Assembly (NCBI GenBank): GCA_950097015.1
Contig: CATNEN010000001.1
Coordinates: 5,022,001-5,086,000, forward strand
Length of the DNA stretch: 64,000 nucleotides
Direction: 5' to 3'
Origin: Macrostomum hystrix
Taxonomy: Eukaryota; Animalia; Platyhelminthes
Shown here in pieces: positions 40,135 to 51,979 of the stretch. Positions within the stretch are counted from its first letter, which is position 1. Every line of letters begins with the position of its first letter. The position numbers and the translations under genes are program-made. The notes under the pieces are model-generated. The model worked only from the letters and a program-made list of their open reading frames with translations. It ran no database searches and was not told the DNA's origin.

Positions 40135-41275
40135 TTATTAGTCATTCAGATCCCAATCACTTTAACAATTTTAGTCTTTTAAATCCCAATCGATTTCTGC
40201 TAGTCTTAGTCATTCAAATGCCAATCCCTTTCTACTAGTTTTAGTCATTCAGATCCCAATCCCTTTCAGTCAGTTTTGGTCATTCAGATCCCAATCCCTT
40301 TCAGTCAGTTTTGGTCATTCAGATCCCAATCCCTTTCAGTCAGTTTTGGTCATTCAGATCCCAATCCCTTTCAGTCAGTTTTGGTCATTCAGATCCCAAT
40401 CCCTTTCAGTCAGTTTTGGTCATTCAGATCCCAATCCCTTTCAGTCAGTTTTGGTCATTCAGATCCCAATCCCTTTCAGTCAGTTTTGGTCATTCAGATC
40501 CCAATCCCTTTCAGTCAGTTTTGGTCATTCAGATCCCAATCCCTTTCAGTCAGTTTTGGTCATTCATATCCCAATCCCTTTCAGTCAGTTTTGGTCATTC
40601 AGATCCCAATCCCTTTCAGTCAGTTTTGGTCATTCAGATCCCAATCTCTTTCAGTCAGTTTTGGTCATTCAGATCCCAATCTCTTTCAGTCAGTTTTGGT
40701 CATTCAGATCCCAATCCCTTTCAGTCAGTTTTGATCATTCAGATCCCAATCCCTTTCAGTTAGTTTTGGTCATTCAGATCCCAATCCCTTTCAGTTAGTT
40801 TTGGTCATTCAGATCCCAATCCCTTTCAGTTAGTTTTGGTCATTCAGATCCCAATCCCTTTCAGTCAGTTTTGGTCATTCAGATCCCAATCCCTTTCAGT
40901 CAGTTTTGGTCATTCAGAGCCCAATCCCTTTCAGTCAGTTTTTGGTCATTCAGATCCCAATCCCTTTCAGTCAGTTTTGGTCATTCAGAGCCCAATCCTT
41001 TTCAGTCAGTTTTGGTCATTCAGATCCGAATCCCTTTCAGTCAGTTTTGGTCATTCAGATCCCAATCCCTTTCAGTCAGTTTTGGTCATTCAGATCCGAA
41101 TCCCTTTCAGTCAGTTTTTGGTCATTCAGATCCCAATCCCTTTCAGTCAGTTTTGGTCATTCAGATCCGAATCCCTTTCAGTCAGTTTTGGTCATTCAGA
41201 TCCCAATCCCTTTCAGTCAGTTTTGGTCATTCAGATCCCAATCCTTGTTTAATCAGTTTTTAATCATTCAGAGTC
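40135..41275. repeat. Minisatellite, 35-bp unit TCAGTCAGTTTTGGTCATTCAGATCCCAATCCCTT
   Basis: Direct inspection. Confidence 0.95.
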
Positions 41276-41369
41276 GATCCTAATTAAAAGTTAGTCTTTA
41301 TTTACTTAATTATTAATCTTATATGTTGTACAATCGTTCTACTATTCAGTCCAATAGCCCGCATCAGTC

Positions 41370-41687
41370 ATGGTTAACGTACCCAAGACTAGGCGAACAT
41401 TCTGCAAGTTCACCTGCAAGAAGCACACCTTGCACAAGGTGACACAGTACAAAGCTGGTAAGGCCTCGCTCTACGCTCAGGGCAAGCGTCGCTACGACGC
41501 CAAGCAGAGAGGCTACGGCGGCCAGACTAAGCCAATCTTTCGCAAGAAGGCCAAGACCACTAAAAAGATAGTACTGCGCATGGAGTGCTCCGAGTGTAAG
41601 CACAGAAAGCAGCTGGCTATTAAACGGTGCAAACATTTCGAACTGGGCGGCGACAAGAAGAAGAAGGGACAGATGATTCAGTTTTAA
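41370..41687 (+). CDS. RPL36A: 60S ribosomal protein L36a/L44 (eL42), intronless CDS
   Basis: [56 protein letters not shown], 105 aa. Confidence 0.98.
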   Translation: MVNVPKTRRTFCKFTCKKHTLHKVTQYKAGKASLYAQGKRRYDAKQRGYGGQTKPIFRKKAKTTKKIVLRMECSECKHRKQLAIKRCKHFELGGDKKKKGQMIQF

Positions 41688-42224
41688 TTAACTGTGTGCT
41701 CAGCTATGCGCGTTTGAACCTGTGCGGCTGCGTTCTGAGTTAAAGTTGAGAAATACATTAATTGAAACTTCTCTTATAAAATGTATAATCATTTGAGAGA
41801 AGTTTAGTTGTTTGTTTGGAGTACTTGGTGTTTTAAAGTTATTTTTTTGCAGTTGCAATCGGGCATATACTAGCAAAATAATTATTTTAAGGTGTTTTTT
41901 CTATTCTAGTAAATGTATTAGATAAGAACATGTAGGATAAAACTAAAGACCTTCATCATTAATAAGTTTCTAAAAAATAACAACAGTAAATCTTCAACTG
42001 GCGAATCAGATTCTAAAAATAGAAACAGGGAAATGCTAATTAGCGACTCATATTCTAAAAATAGCCCCAGGGAATCTCAAATGGGCGAATCAGAGATTCT
42101 AAAAATAGAAACCGGGAATCTCTAATTTTTCAATCAGAATTATCAAAAACTATCTGACCAATCAGATTTTAGAGGCGTGAAAAGAACTTTACTTTAATGA
42201 AAATAATTCATTTTTTACAGCTGA

Positions 42225-45200
42225 ATGACCAATTCAAGCAATCACGGCCAAACCAGTAGTCGCGACACGCCGGAGAGTTTGGCGACCAACAATGAACACT
42301 TGGCCAAGCGGTGCAATGTAGTCCAGGTGACTAATATATCACCTCAGGCTACTAAGGATCAAATCAAATCCCTAATGGGCTATCTTGGCCACATTAGCGA
42401 CCTAGTGATTTATCCCAGCGTTATCCCAACCGACCCGCCGCCGCCTAGTCTTGTTGCTTACATTCGCTACGACGAAAAAGAGAACGCCCTGCTTAGTCTG
42501 CATCTGAACAATACAGTGCTGTTAGACAGGGCCCTGATTGTACTACCGGTGCTGTCTAATAAGATACCGGACGAATTATACGCTACCAGAATTATGTGTC
42601 CTGAGCACACTTCCGCGGGAGTTTTTCCTAAAACTGCCGACTGGCCATTGGATGTCATCAGTATGGTTGTTGGCAAAATGGGAGAACAACAGATTGTTAC
42701 GGTGGATCCCAATCTGCCGCCTGAGCACGCTTATCCTCCGCTGCCGCCCACTACTGATCCTAATCGGATTGAAGAGATTAGGCGAACTGTTCTAGTTACT
42801 GGCTTGGAGGCTAATACTACGCCTCAGCAGGTGAGCTGTCAATCTCTGTCTTATCTTATCGCTCATATTTTCTGCTGTCATATAACTGTATGACCCAGCA
42901 CGTTAGTTTCAAATGAGCAATATTATTAAAGGACCAATTCCTTCGAATGACCCATTTTGTAATATGACACATTCTTTCATGACCTTTTCTGTCATACTAT
43001 GACTTGTGCCGTCATATGAACCTAACCTAATGGCCTACATTAGCCCATTCTGTCATATGTGCAATGATTTAAATATACTAATTCTTTCATATTTTGAACC
43101 ATTCTGTCACAATAAACATTATTCTATTACGTATCCTGTCGTAAGACCCATTAGTTGATATGACCAATCATGTTGTACTAATCTACTGTTCTACTAATAT
43201 AACCCATTTTAATGACAAATTCAGTCATTAACCCTATTCTATTTCTTCTGAATGACATATTTTTCATTTTAAATATTCTTTCATGACCCATCCTGTTGTC
43301 CCAATTCTGTCATAGTGTGACCATTTCTATTGAATGACTCGATTCTGTCATAGTGTGACCATTTCTATTGAATGACTCAATTCTGTCATAGTGTGACCAT
43401 TTCTATTGAATGACCCAATTCTGTCATAGTATGACCATTTCTATTGAATGACTCAATTCTGTCACAGTGTGACCATTTCTATTGAATGACTCGATTCTGT
43501 CATAGTGTGACCATTTCTATTGAATGACTCAATTCTGTCATAGTGTGACCATTTCTATTGAATGACCCAATTCTGTCATAGTATGACCATTTCTATTGAA
43601 TGACTCAATTCTGTCATAGTGTGACCATTTCTATTGAATGACCCAATTCTGTCATAGTATGACCAATTCTATTGAATGACCCAATTCTGTCATAGTATGA
43701 CCATTTCTATTGAATGACTCAATTCTGTCATAGTGTGACCATTTCTATTGAATGACTCAATTCTGTCATAGTGTGACCATTTCTATTGAATGACCCAATT
43801 CTGTCATAGTATGACCAATTCTATTGAATGACTCAATTCTGTCATAGTATGACCAGTTCTATTGAATGACTCAATTCTGTCATAGTATGACCAGTTCTAT
43901 TGAATGACTCAATTCTGTCATATTGAACTTGTCATGAATTTCTTTGTTGACCTGTCCTGATCTAAATGACAGATAATCCTAAAATTACATCCTAATTTAT
44001 CTCTCCATATCTCCCTCCAATGCTTACACAGGTAATAGCCTACTTTGAGCCCGATCTAGAAGTGAAATTTGCTCGCATGGCAACAGGCGAAGGCGGACGA
44101 ACAGGCTGTTTCGTAGAGTTCTCCTGCCAGACTAGCATCGCCAAAGCCCTGGCAATGTCTGGCGGCATTATTAACAACGGACCGGCTATTGTCCAGCACG
44201 CCACCTGCGCTATAATTAAACCGGCTACAATGTACGGCTTAGATCCGAAGACAAGCTTCTTTACTGAGTCTGCGCCGACTAACAGGCCGACTGGAAGGTC
44301 GTCTTCTCGACGTAGTCGGTCTAGGTTAGTCTTTTATAATTAAACAAAATCTGAGCTTTATCTTATTTATTGTGTCTAACCAGTTCTTAATCTACCCTGT
44401 TCTCAATCTACCCTGTTCTCAATCTCAATTTACCCAGTTCATAATCTACCCTGTTCTCAATCTACCCAGTTCTCAATCTACCCTGTTCTCAATCTCAATC
44501 TACCCAGTTCATAATCTACCCTGTTCTCAATCTACCCAGTTCTCAATCTACCCAGTTCTCAATCTACCCAGTTCTCAATCTACCCAGTTCTCAATCTACC
44601 CAGTTCTCAATCTACCCTGTTCTCAATCTCAATCTACCCAGTTCATAATCTACTCAGTTCTCAATCTACCCAGTTCTCAATCTACCCAGTTCTCAATCTA
44701 CCAAGTTCTCAATCTACCCAGTTCTCAATCTACCCAGTTCTCAATCTACCCAGTTCATAATCTACCCAGTTCTCAATCTACACAGTTCATAATCTACCCA
44801 GTTCTCAATCTACCCAGTTCTCAAATCTACCCAGTTCTTGATCTACCCAGTTCTCAATCTACCCAGTTCTCAATCTACCCAGTTCTCAATCTCAATCTAC
44901 ACAGTTGATCATAATCTACCCAGTTCTCAATCTACCCAGTTCATAATCTACCCAGTTCTCAATCTACCCAGTTCTCAATCTACCCAGTTCTCAAATCTAC
45001 CCAGTTCTTGATCTACCCAGTTCTCAATCTACCCAGTTCTCAATCTACCCAGTTCTCAATCTACCCTTTGTTTGAATCTACTCGCACATTTTTTGTGACA
45101 CTAGACCCGCTGCCAGCTAGGACGCAATTCTGCCAATTTCGCTGATTCCTGAGCACACACGCACACATACCACACACAGGTACACGCTCACGCAGGTGTG

Positions 45201-46429
45201 TTCATTTGCCCTGACTTTCTCATTATCAGGCAGTGTACACTCTCTCTGTGACTTAGAGGTTGGCGCTCAAGGGCGCAAATTGCACGACAAGCCCCCAAGC
45301 CTTCTCTCCGTGGCTGCGCCCAATTTAATGTGGACTCGCCTCGGAATCCAGCTCAGGGACCTTGGTGCGAGAGGCAAACGCGATAACCGCTCTGCCACTG
45401 ACCCCCCAAAGTGATCTCATAAGATCAGTTTCTCAATAAGTCAGTACAAATATTATTCAGATATTTCCCGCAAAATCTCGCAGATCCTCTCGTCGATCGC
45501 GTCACTCCGAGCGTCGTCGTACCAGATCCCGTTCGCGTCACAGTCACAGGCGTCGATCCTCGCGTTCTCGGTCTCGTTCGCGCGATCGTGATCGCAAGCG
45601 GAGTCGACGAAGAAGTAAGGATCGCGACAGGGATCGTGAAAGGGATCGTGATAGGGACCGCGACCGGGATCGGGATCGGGATCGGGACCGGGATCGGGAG
45701 TCCCGCAAGCGCAAACGAAGTCGCAGTCGAGATCGGCATCGCGATCGTGACCGAGAAAAGGATCGCGACAAGGAAAAGGACAAGGACAAGGACAAGGATC
45801 GGGATAAAGACCAGGATAAAGATAAGGAAAAGGATCGAGCCAGCGCTAGCCGCGAGGGTAGGCGTCGTTCGCGCAGCCGAAGTCACAGCCGCAGCGGCAA
45901 GCGTCGGCATCGTCACCGGAGTCGCGACAGAGACAAGGATCGGGATCGGGATCGCGACAGGGACCGCAAGCGAGGGCGAGGCGGAGACGACGCACTTAAA
46001 GCGGACGATGATAACAATGCCTCCGAGTCTAACGCCGGCGTTGACGTTGACACTGACGCCACCGGCGAGAAGTCGAAGAACGATGATCGCAGCGATAGCG
46101 GCAACAACAAAGACAAGGCCGATAGTGGCAGCCGGAACAGCAGCCGCAGTCGCAGCCGCAGTCGCAGCGGAAGTCGCAGCCGCAGCGAGAGCTGCAGTCG
46201 AGGAGCAACGATGCCCGAAGCTCCAGCCGAGGAGCAGACTGAATCGTCTGCCGCCGATGCCGCAGCTTCGTCAGCCGGTCAGGCTGATGTTGATCGTCAA
46301 GAAGAAGACAAAAATGAAGGTTCTACAGCCGCTATTGTTAGTGGCGAAGATAAGATGGAATCGCAGCCAGATCCGGAAGCATCTATGGATGCGTCTAACG
46401 ATGCTACTGACGAAAATTCTCAGCAGTAG
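42225..46429 (+). CDS. SR-related splicing regulator, SREK1/SRSF11 family (2 RRMs + RS/RD-rich tail). Exons 42225..42830, 44032..44324, 45484..46429
   Basis: RRM1 VVQVTNISPQATKDQI..HLNNTVLLDRALIVLP; linker YPPLP..DPNRIEEIRRTV; RRM2 ending HATCAIIKP. Exon 3 is an open RS/RD dipeptide frame contiguous with the 46211..46429 ORF. Confidence 0.88.
43300..43925. repeat. Minisatellite, 38-bp unit AATTCTGTCATAGTGTGACCATTTCTATTGAATGACTC
   Basis: Direct inspection. Confidence 0.95.
44375..45070. repeat. Minisatellite, 16-bp unit AATCTACCCAGTTCTC (same family as 38.1-39.5 kb)
   Basis: Direct inspection. Confidence 0.95.
45105..45405 (-). mobile_element. SINE-like repeat, copy 6 (intron 2 of the SR gene)
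   Basis: Reverse complement of head (gtggcagagcggttatcgcgtttgcctctcgcacc) and core. Confidence 0.7.
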
Positions 46430-46504
46430 TATGACCATGGGACTTCATATTTGACTTATGTTTTTTGTTTATAGAAAATTTATTTATGGGGTTTTGTTAG
46501 TTTA

Positions 46505-47520
46505 CGAGCTAGAATCGCTGCAGGAGTCGTAGCTAGAATCGCAGCAGGAATCTTAGCAAGAATCGCAGCAGGAATCTCAGCTAGAATTGCAACAGAAGTC
46601 GTAGCTAGAATTGCAGCAGGAATCGTAGCAAGAATCGCAGCAGGAATCGTAGCAAGAATCGCAGCAGGAGTCGTAGCTAGAATCGCAGCAGAAGTCGTAG
46701 CTAGAATCGCAGCAGGAATCTTAGCAAGAATCGCAGCAGGAATCTCAGCTAGAATTGCAACAGAAGTCGTAGCTAGAATTGCAGCAGGAATCGTAGCAAG
46801 AATCGCAGCAGGAATCGTAGCAAGAATCGCAGCAGGAGTCGTAGCTAGAATTGCAGCAGGAATCGTAGCAAGAATCGCAGCAGGAGTCGTAGCAAGAATC
46901 GCAGCAGGAGTCGTAGCAAGAATCGCAGCAGGAATCGTAGCAAGAATCGCAGCAGGAGTCGTAGCTAGAATCGCAGCAGGAGGCGTAGCTAGAATCGCAG
47001 CAGGAGTCGTAGCTAGAATCGCAGCAGGAGTCATAGCTAGAATCGCAGCAGGAGGCGTAGCTAGAATCGCAGCAGGAGTCGTAGCTAGAATCGCAGCAGG
47101 AGTCGAAGCTAGAATCGCAGCAGGAGTCGTAGCTAGAATCGCAGCAGGAGTCGCAGCTAGAATCGCAGCAGGAGTCGTAGCTAGAATCGCAGCAGAAGTC
47201 ATAGCTAGAATCGCAGCAGGAGGCGTAGCTAGAATCGCAGCAGGAGTCGTAGCTAGAATCGCAGCAGGAGTCGAAGCTAGAATCGCAGCAGGAGTCGTAG
47301 CTAGAATCGCAGCAGGAGTCGCAGCTAGAATCGCAGCAGAAGTCGCAGCTAGAATCGCAGCAGAAGTCGTAGCTAGAATCGCAGCAGGAATCTTATCAAG
47401 AATCGCAGCAGGAATCTTATCAAGAATCGCAGCAGGAATCTCAGCTAGAATTGCAGCAGAAGTCGTAGCTAGAATTGCAGCAGGAATCGTAGCAAGAATC
47501 GCAGCAGGAGTCTTAGCTAC
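46505..47520. repeat. Minisatellite, 24-bp unit GCTAGAATCGCAGCAGGAGTCGTA
   Basis: Direct inspection. Confidence 0.95.
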
Positions 47521-48146
47521 TTAATTTAATAAGTTTGTTATCTACTAGGTCATAGAAAGATTAGCGAAATCCGTTAACCTCATTTTTCCAAAAGCCGATT
47601 ATTAATGTTGAAGATGGAGCATTTTAGGCTGCAATGCTTATTATCGTTATTAATATATTGTTAATATAGTTTCAATTTAAAAGAAGGCAATCTTCAGCTG
47701 TTAGTTTTTGTGTTGTAAATTACCAACTTTAAATGTAATAATTGAACTTATTTACGTCGTTGTTGTAGCTAAATTATTACGTAACACAATATTTATTACT
47801 CGTTGTGTTTTCCAATTTTAAACTACTAGTTTTATTGTGTACAAGTAGTGTGGTTAGCTTGTAACCATCAGAAAACAATCTGCAGCTAAAAAGAAAACTA
47901 AAAATAAATTGTTTATGTAATAAGAAAATTTTGTTGTGCTTCTATTTGGTACTTTTTAAGTTCGTATGTAAAATGTAATTCATTTTTGCTTTTTCTTAAA
48001 TTGTGACACCGTTTAGATAGCTTAATAATTTAAAATGATTTAAAATAAATTTGGTTACCTTAATAATTCACGTTTAATAATCTTAATCGATTAAGTAAGG
48101 AGGTGGACTTCTTGTTTAATTATTAATTATTCAATTTCAATCTTTA

Positions 48147-49075
48147 GTTAATCTGTTCTCTACACCCTCCAATCCTCAGTTAATCTGTTCTCTACACCCT
48201 CCAATCCTCAGTTAATCTGTTCTCTACACCCTCCAATCCTCAGTTAATCTGTTCTCTACACCCTCCAATCCTCAGTTAATCTGTTCTCTACACCCTCCTA
48301 TCCTCAGTTAATCTGTTCTCTACACCCTCCAATCCTCAGTTAATCTGTTCTCTACACCCTCCAATCCTCAGTTAATCTGTACCCTACACCCTCCAATCCT
48401 CAGTTAATCTGTACCCTACACCCTCCAATCCTCAGTTAATCTGTACCCTACACCCTCCAATCCTCAGTTAATCTGTACCCTACACCCTCCAATCCTCAGT
48501 TAATCTGTACCCTACACCCTCCAATCCTCAGTTAATCTGTACCCTACACCCTCCAATCCTCAGTTAATCTGTACCCTACACTATCCAATCCTCAGTTAAT
48601 CTCTACTCTACACTATCCAATCCTCAGTTAATCTCTACTCTACACTATCCAATCCTCAGTTAATCTCTACTCTACACTATCCAATCCTCAGTTAATCTCT
48701 ACTCTACACTATCCAATCCTCAGTTAATCTCTACTCTACACTATCCAATCCTCAGTTAATCTCTACTCTACACTATCCAATCCTCAGTTAATCTCTACTC
48801 TACACTATCCAATCCTCAGTTAATCTCTACTCTACACTATCCAATCCTCAGTTAATCTGTACCCTACACCCTCCAATCCTCAGTTAATCTCTACTCTACA
48901 CTATCCAATCCTCAGTTAATCTCTACTCCACACCATCCAATCCTCAGTTAATCTCTACTCCACACTATCCAATCCTCAGTTAATCTCTACTCTACACTAT
49001 CCAATCCTCAGTTAATCTCTACTCTACACTATCCAATCCTCAGTTAATCTCTACTCTACAGCCTCCAATCTTTAG
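48147..49075. repeat. Minisatellite, 32-bp unit AGTTAATCTGTTCTCTACACCCTCCAATCCTC
   Basis: Direct inspection; three variant blocks. Confidence 0.95.
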
Positions 49076-49147
49076 ATTATCTCCACTCTTTAAGTAATCT
49101 TCCGATGATTTTATTTGAATCGAGTAGATAAATGTTAACGTAAAAAT

Positions 49148-49159
49148 TATTTTTTCCAG
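49148..49159 (+). promoter_or_regulatory. Putative trans-splice acceptor of PEX12 (tattttttccag)
   Basis: Strong acceptor immediately followed by the PEX12 frame in phase 0; in-frame TAA at 49136-49138. Confidence 0.75.
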
Positions 49160-50206
49160 GCTGATGACGTCACACCCTCGTCATCATCGGAGCAAATAAT
49201 TCGTCCAAGCATATTTGATCTATTAGCGGCTGACCAATTATCCAGTTTATTTCAGCCAGCTTTCGAGCACCTACTAACTGCTATTGCTAGTTGGATTGGA
49301 ATTGATGGAACCGAATTAAATTACGACAATGATAATGTCCAAGATCGAATACTTCAATTTCATCAACGACTCGCATTGTGGGTTCTTCAGCACAAACGCT
49401 TGATTTACACATTGCTGTCAGTTTGCATAGAGTTTTATTGTTTAAACCGGCGAGGTGGCACGGTGGCAGAAAATTTCTACTCTCTTCGAAGATTTTCCGT
49501 AGCAAACGGCGGCAATGGTTCGTCCTCATTGTTAGCGACTAGCCTTGTATTCAAATCTTTATTGACATCTGTCATAGGCCCTTTAGTAATTAGACAACTA
49601 TCAGATCTATACGACTCCTGGGTTGATAGAACTGTAACGCATTCGTCAGTTAGTTATCGAATAATATCTGCGTTAATTGCTGTTTATCCTCGAGCCAGAG
49701 CACTACTGTTGCTAGGCAACGCTGCTCTGCTATTCGGCTATTTGACTGAACGAACTGATCGGCACAAATTAGAGCACATCATCGCTGGTGTTAGATTGTC
49801 CTGTCGAGTTGACAACGACAATGACGACAATCGGGATCAAGACCAGGCGTTTGAACTTCGCGCATGGACTAGTAGAGCTGTCGGACATGGCGTCACCTTG
49901 GCAATGTTCTTCCTGCAATTTTATCAGTCTCGCATTAGCGCCGGAGATAATTCAGTAGAGAATGCCGCGCCGTCTCCCTATTTGGGATCGGCATCTGTAC
50001 CGCCGCCACCGAAGCATCCGGTCCAAAATTTAGATCCCAGACTGTGTCCGCTCTGTAGTCGGCCCAGACAGAATCCGTGCGCATTGGCTACGTCCGGTTG
50101 CGTGTTTTGTTTCGCCTGCATTCACAGTCATTTGGCTTCAGGATCTGCTAGATGTCCGGTCACTGGTTTACCGTCAAGTGTTAGACATATTGTTCGTCTA
50201 TTGTAA
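49160..50206 (+). CDS. PEX12: Peroxisome assembly protein 12; frame opens at the splice acceptor and has no local start ATG
   Basis: N-terminal ADDVTPSSSSEQIIRPSIFDLLAADQLSSLFQPAF (Pex12 RPSIF motif), GTVAENFYSLRR, MFFLQF, and degenerate RING CPLC..ATSGCVFCFACI..CPVTG. Confidence 0.92.
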   Translation, partial: ADDVTPSSSSEQIIRPSIFDLLAADQLSSLFQPAFEHLLTAIASWIGIDGTELNYDNDNVQDRILQFHQRLALWVLQHKRLIYTLLSVCIEFYCLNRRGGTVAENFYSLRRFSVANGGNGSSSLLATSLVFKSLLTSVIGPLVIRQLSDLYDSWVDRTVTHSSVSYRIISALIAVYPRARALLLLGNAALLFGYLTERTDRHKLEHIIAGVRLSCRVDNDNDDNRDQDQAFELRAWTSRAVGHGVTLAMFFLQFYQSRISAGDNSVENAAPSPYLGSASVPPPPKHPVQNLDPRLCPLCSRPRQNPCALATSGCVFCFACIHSHLASGSARCPVTGLPSSVRHIVRLL

Positions 50207-50305
50207 TCAGACTGTCTATTAATTTTCTATTCGTTTTGCTGGCTGGTTGTACTGTCCTAATAATACCAATAATGATTATTAATAGTACTTTGCAAACAGT
50301 AGACA

Positions 50306-50520
50306 AGCGCTAGAAGCAGACCCTTGTCGCTAGAAGCAAACCCTTAGCGCTAGAAGCAGACCCTTAGCGCTAGAAGCAGACCCTTAGCGCTAGAAGCAGA
50401 CCCTTAGCGCTAGAAGCAGACCCTTAGCGCTAGAAGCAAACCCTTAGCGCTAGAAGCAGACCCTTAGCGCTAGAAGCAAACCCTTAGCGCTAGAAGCAAA
50501 CCCTTAGCGCTAGAAGCAGT
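50306..50520. repeat. Minisatellite, 20-bp unit CCCTTAGCGCTAGAAGCAGA
   Basis: Direct inspection. Confidence 0.95.
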
Positions 50521-51099
50521 CGTGACACCACTTTGTACTACTTCAAAATACTGTTCACAGTATTTCAGTCGGTAGAAGTGGGTAAAGTAATTAAATAATT
50601 ATTATTTGCTTAACATATAAAAACCGCTCAGCTACTTCCTTGTCCATTATTTTCGATCGCGATTATGTCAGTGCCAAGATTGTAAGTTAAGTAATTTTTC
50701 GAACTTTTCTGCTCCTGTAGCTTTTTTAGGTTAAAAAATCGAGTTTACAAGTCGCTACTGTGTTTTCTCATAGTTGAGAAAAGTTTTGTATGCTTATTGA
50801 TTTACATTTTTTGTTAACTGATTAATCTTAGAAATGTGATTTGCTAAGTTATTTTTTTCTAATGTCTGCATTATACATATTTTGTATGTTGAACAACAAA
50901 AAATCGCCTAATTGTGCATTACATACATGTAATTCTGTTAGATATATAAATTGTGTTTTTTGTTCAAATTAGGATAGAATATTGATTTGTCACTTTAAAT
51001 TAAAGTGATTTTACTTTTTTAATTTTTTTTCTAAATGCAACGATAGAAACAGAAAAAAAGTATAAACACGGCGACATATTTCTCTTCCTTACACCGCAA

Positions 51100-51420
51100 C
51101 ATCACACTACTCAATTATCACACTACTCAAACATCACACTACTCAATTATCACACTACTCAATTATCACACTACTCAATTATCACACTACTCAAACATCA
51201 CACTACTCAATTATCACACTACTCAATTATCACACTACTCAATTATCACACTACTCAATTATCACACTACTCAATTATCACACTACCCAAACATCACACT
51301 ACTCAATTATCACACTACCCAAACATCACACTACCCAAACATCACACTACCCAAACATCACACTACCCAAACATCACACTACCCAAACATCACACTACCC
51401 AAACATCACACTACCCAAAC
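51100..51420. repeat. Minisatellite, 16-bp unit ATCACACTACTCAATT / ATCACACTACCCAAAC
   Basis: Direct inspection. Confidence 0.95.
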
Positions 51421-51523
51421 AATAGAACCCTGAAACATAACAATGCCGAAACATCACTACACCGAAAATTCGCAATACCAAAGCGTCAAATTACATCGAT
51501 AATCTCTCCTTCCAGCTAACGCC

Positions 51524-51979
51524 ATGGCCACTCCATCGTCTAACGATCCGCAGCAGCAGCAGCAGCAGCACGATCGCTTTCAACAATTGCAAGACGAGCT
51601 AGGCGCACTCATTGAAAACTGTTGGGAGGCCGGTATAATGGTCTGCAATTATCAGCCTCATGTTAATCTTCAACACAAAATGAACTTTCTAGTTAGCCGT
51701 TTAGCCGCTCTAGATCGAGCCAAAGCTCAAGTTGCCGATGTTCAAGTGCCTCTAGCCGTACTAAAGTACATTGACGAAGGCCGCAATCCTCAATTGTACA
51801 CTAGGCACTGCTTAGAGACCGCTTTGCAACGAAACGAAGAAGTTAAAGGCAAATTAGAGAACGTTAATCGATTTCGAACCCTACTATTGGCTGAATTGTC
51901 TCAGGCATTCGAGCAGGATATGAGTCGATATCGAAGTCTTCGGGCTGATCCAACACCGCCGTCTATTGGCGACGAATGA
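51524..51979 (+). CDS. MED10: Mediator subunit 10 (Nut2), single exon
   Basis: VQVPLAVLKYIDEGRNPQLYTRHCLETALQRNEEVKGK is the Med10 signature. Confidence 0.95.
   Translation: MATPSSNDPQQQQQQHDRFQQLQDELGALIENCWEAGIMVCNYQPHVNLQHKMNFLVSRLAALDRAKAQVADVQVPLAVLKYIDEGRNPQLYTRHCLETALQRNEEVKGKLENVNRFRTLLLAELSQAFEQDMSRYRSLRADPTPPSIGDE

Noticed and set aside
39661-41687. Intronless RPL37A and RPL36A as processed pseudogenes
   Set aside because: Both ORFs are intact and conserved, lack poly-A tails or TSDs, and have acceptors like the neighbouring genes.
45425-46454. ORFs 45588..46454 (+) and 45425..46116 (-)
   Set aside because: Shadow frames of the RS/RD-rich third exon of the SR protein gene, whose true frame runs 45484..46429.
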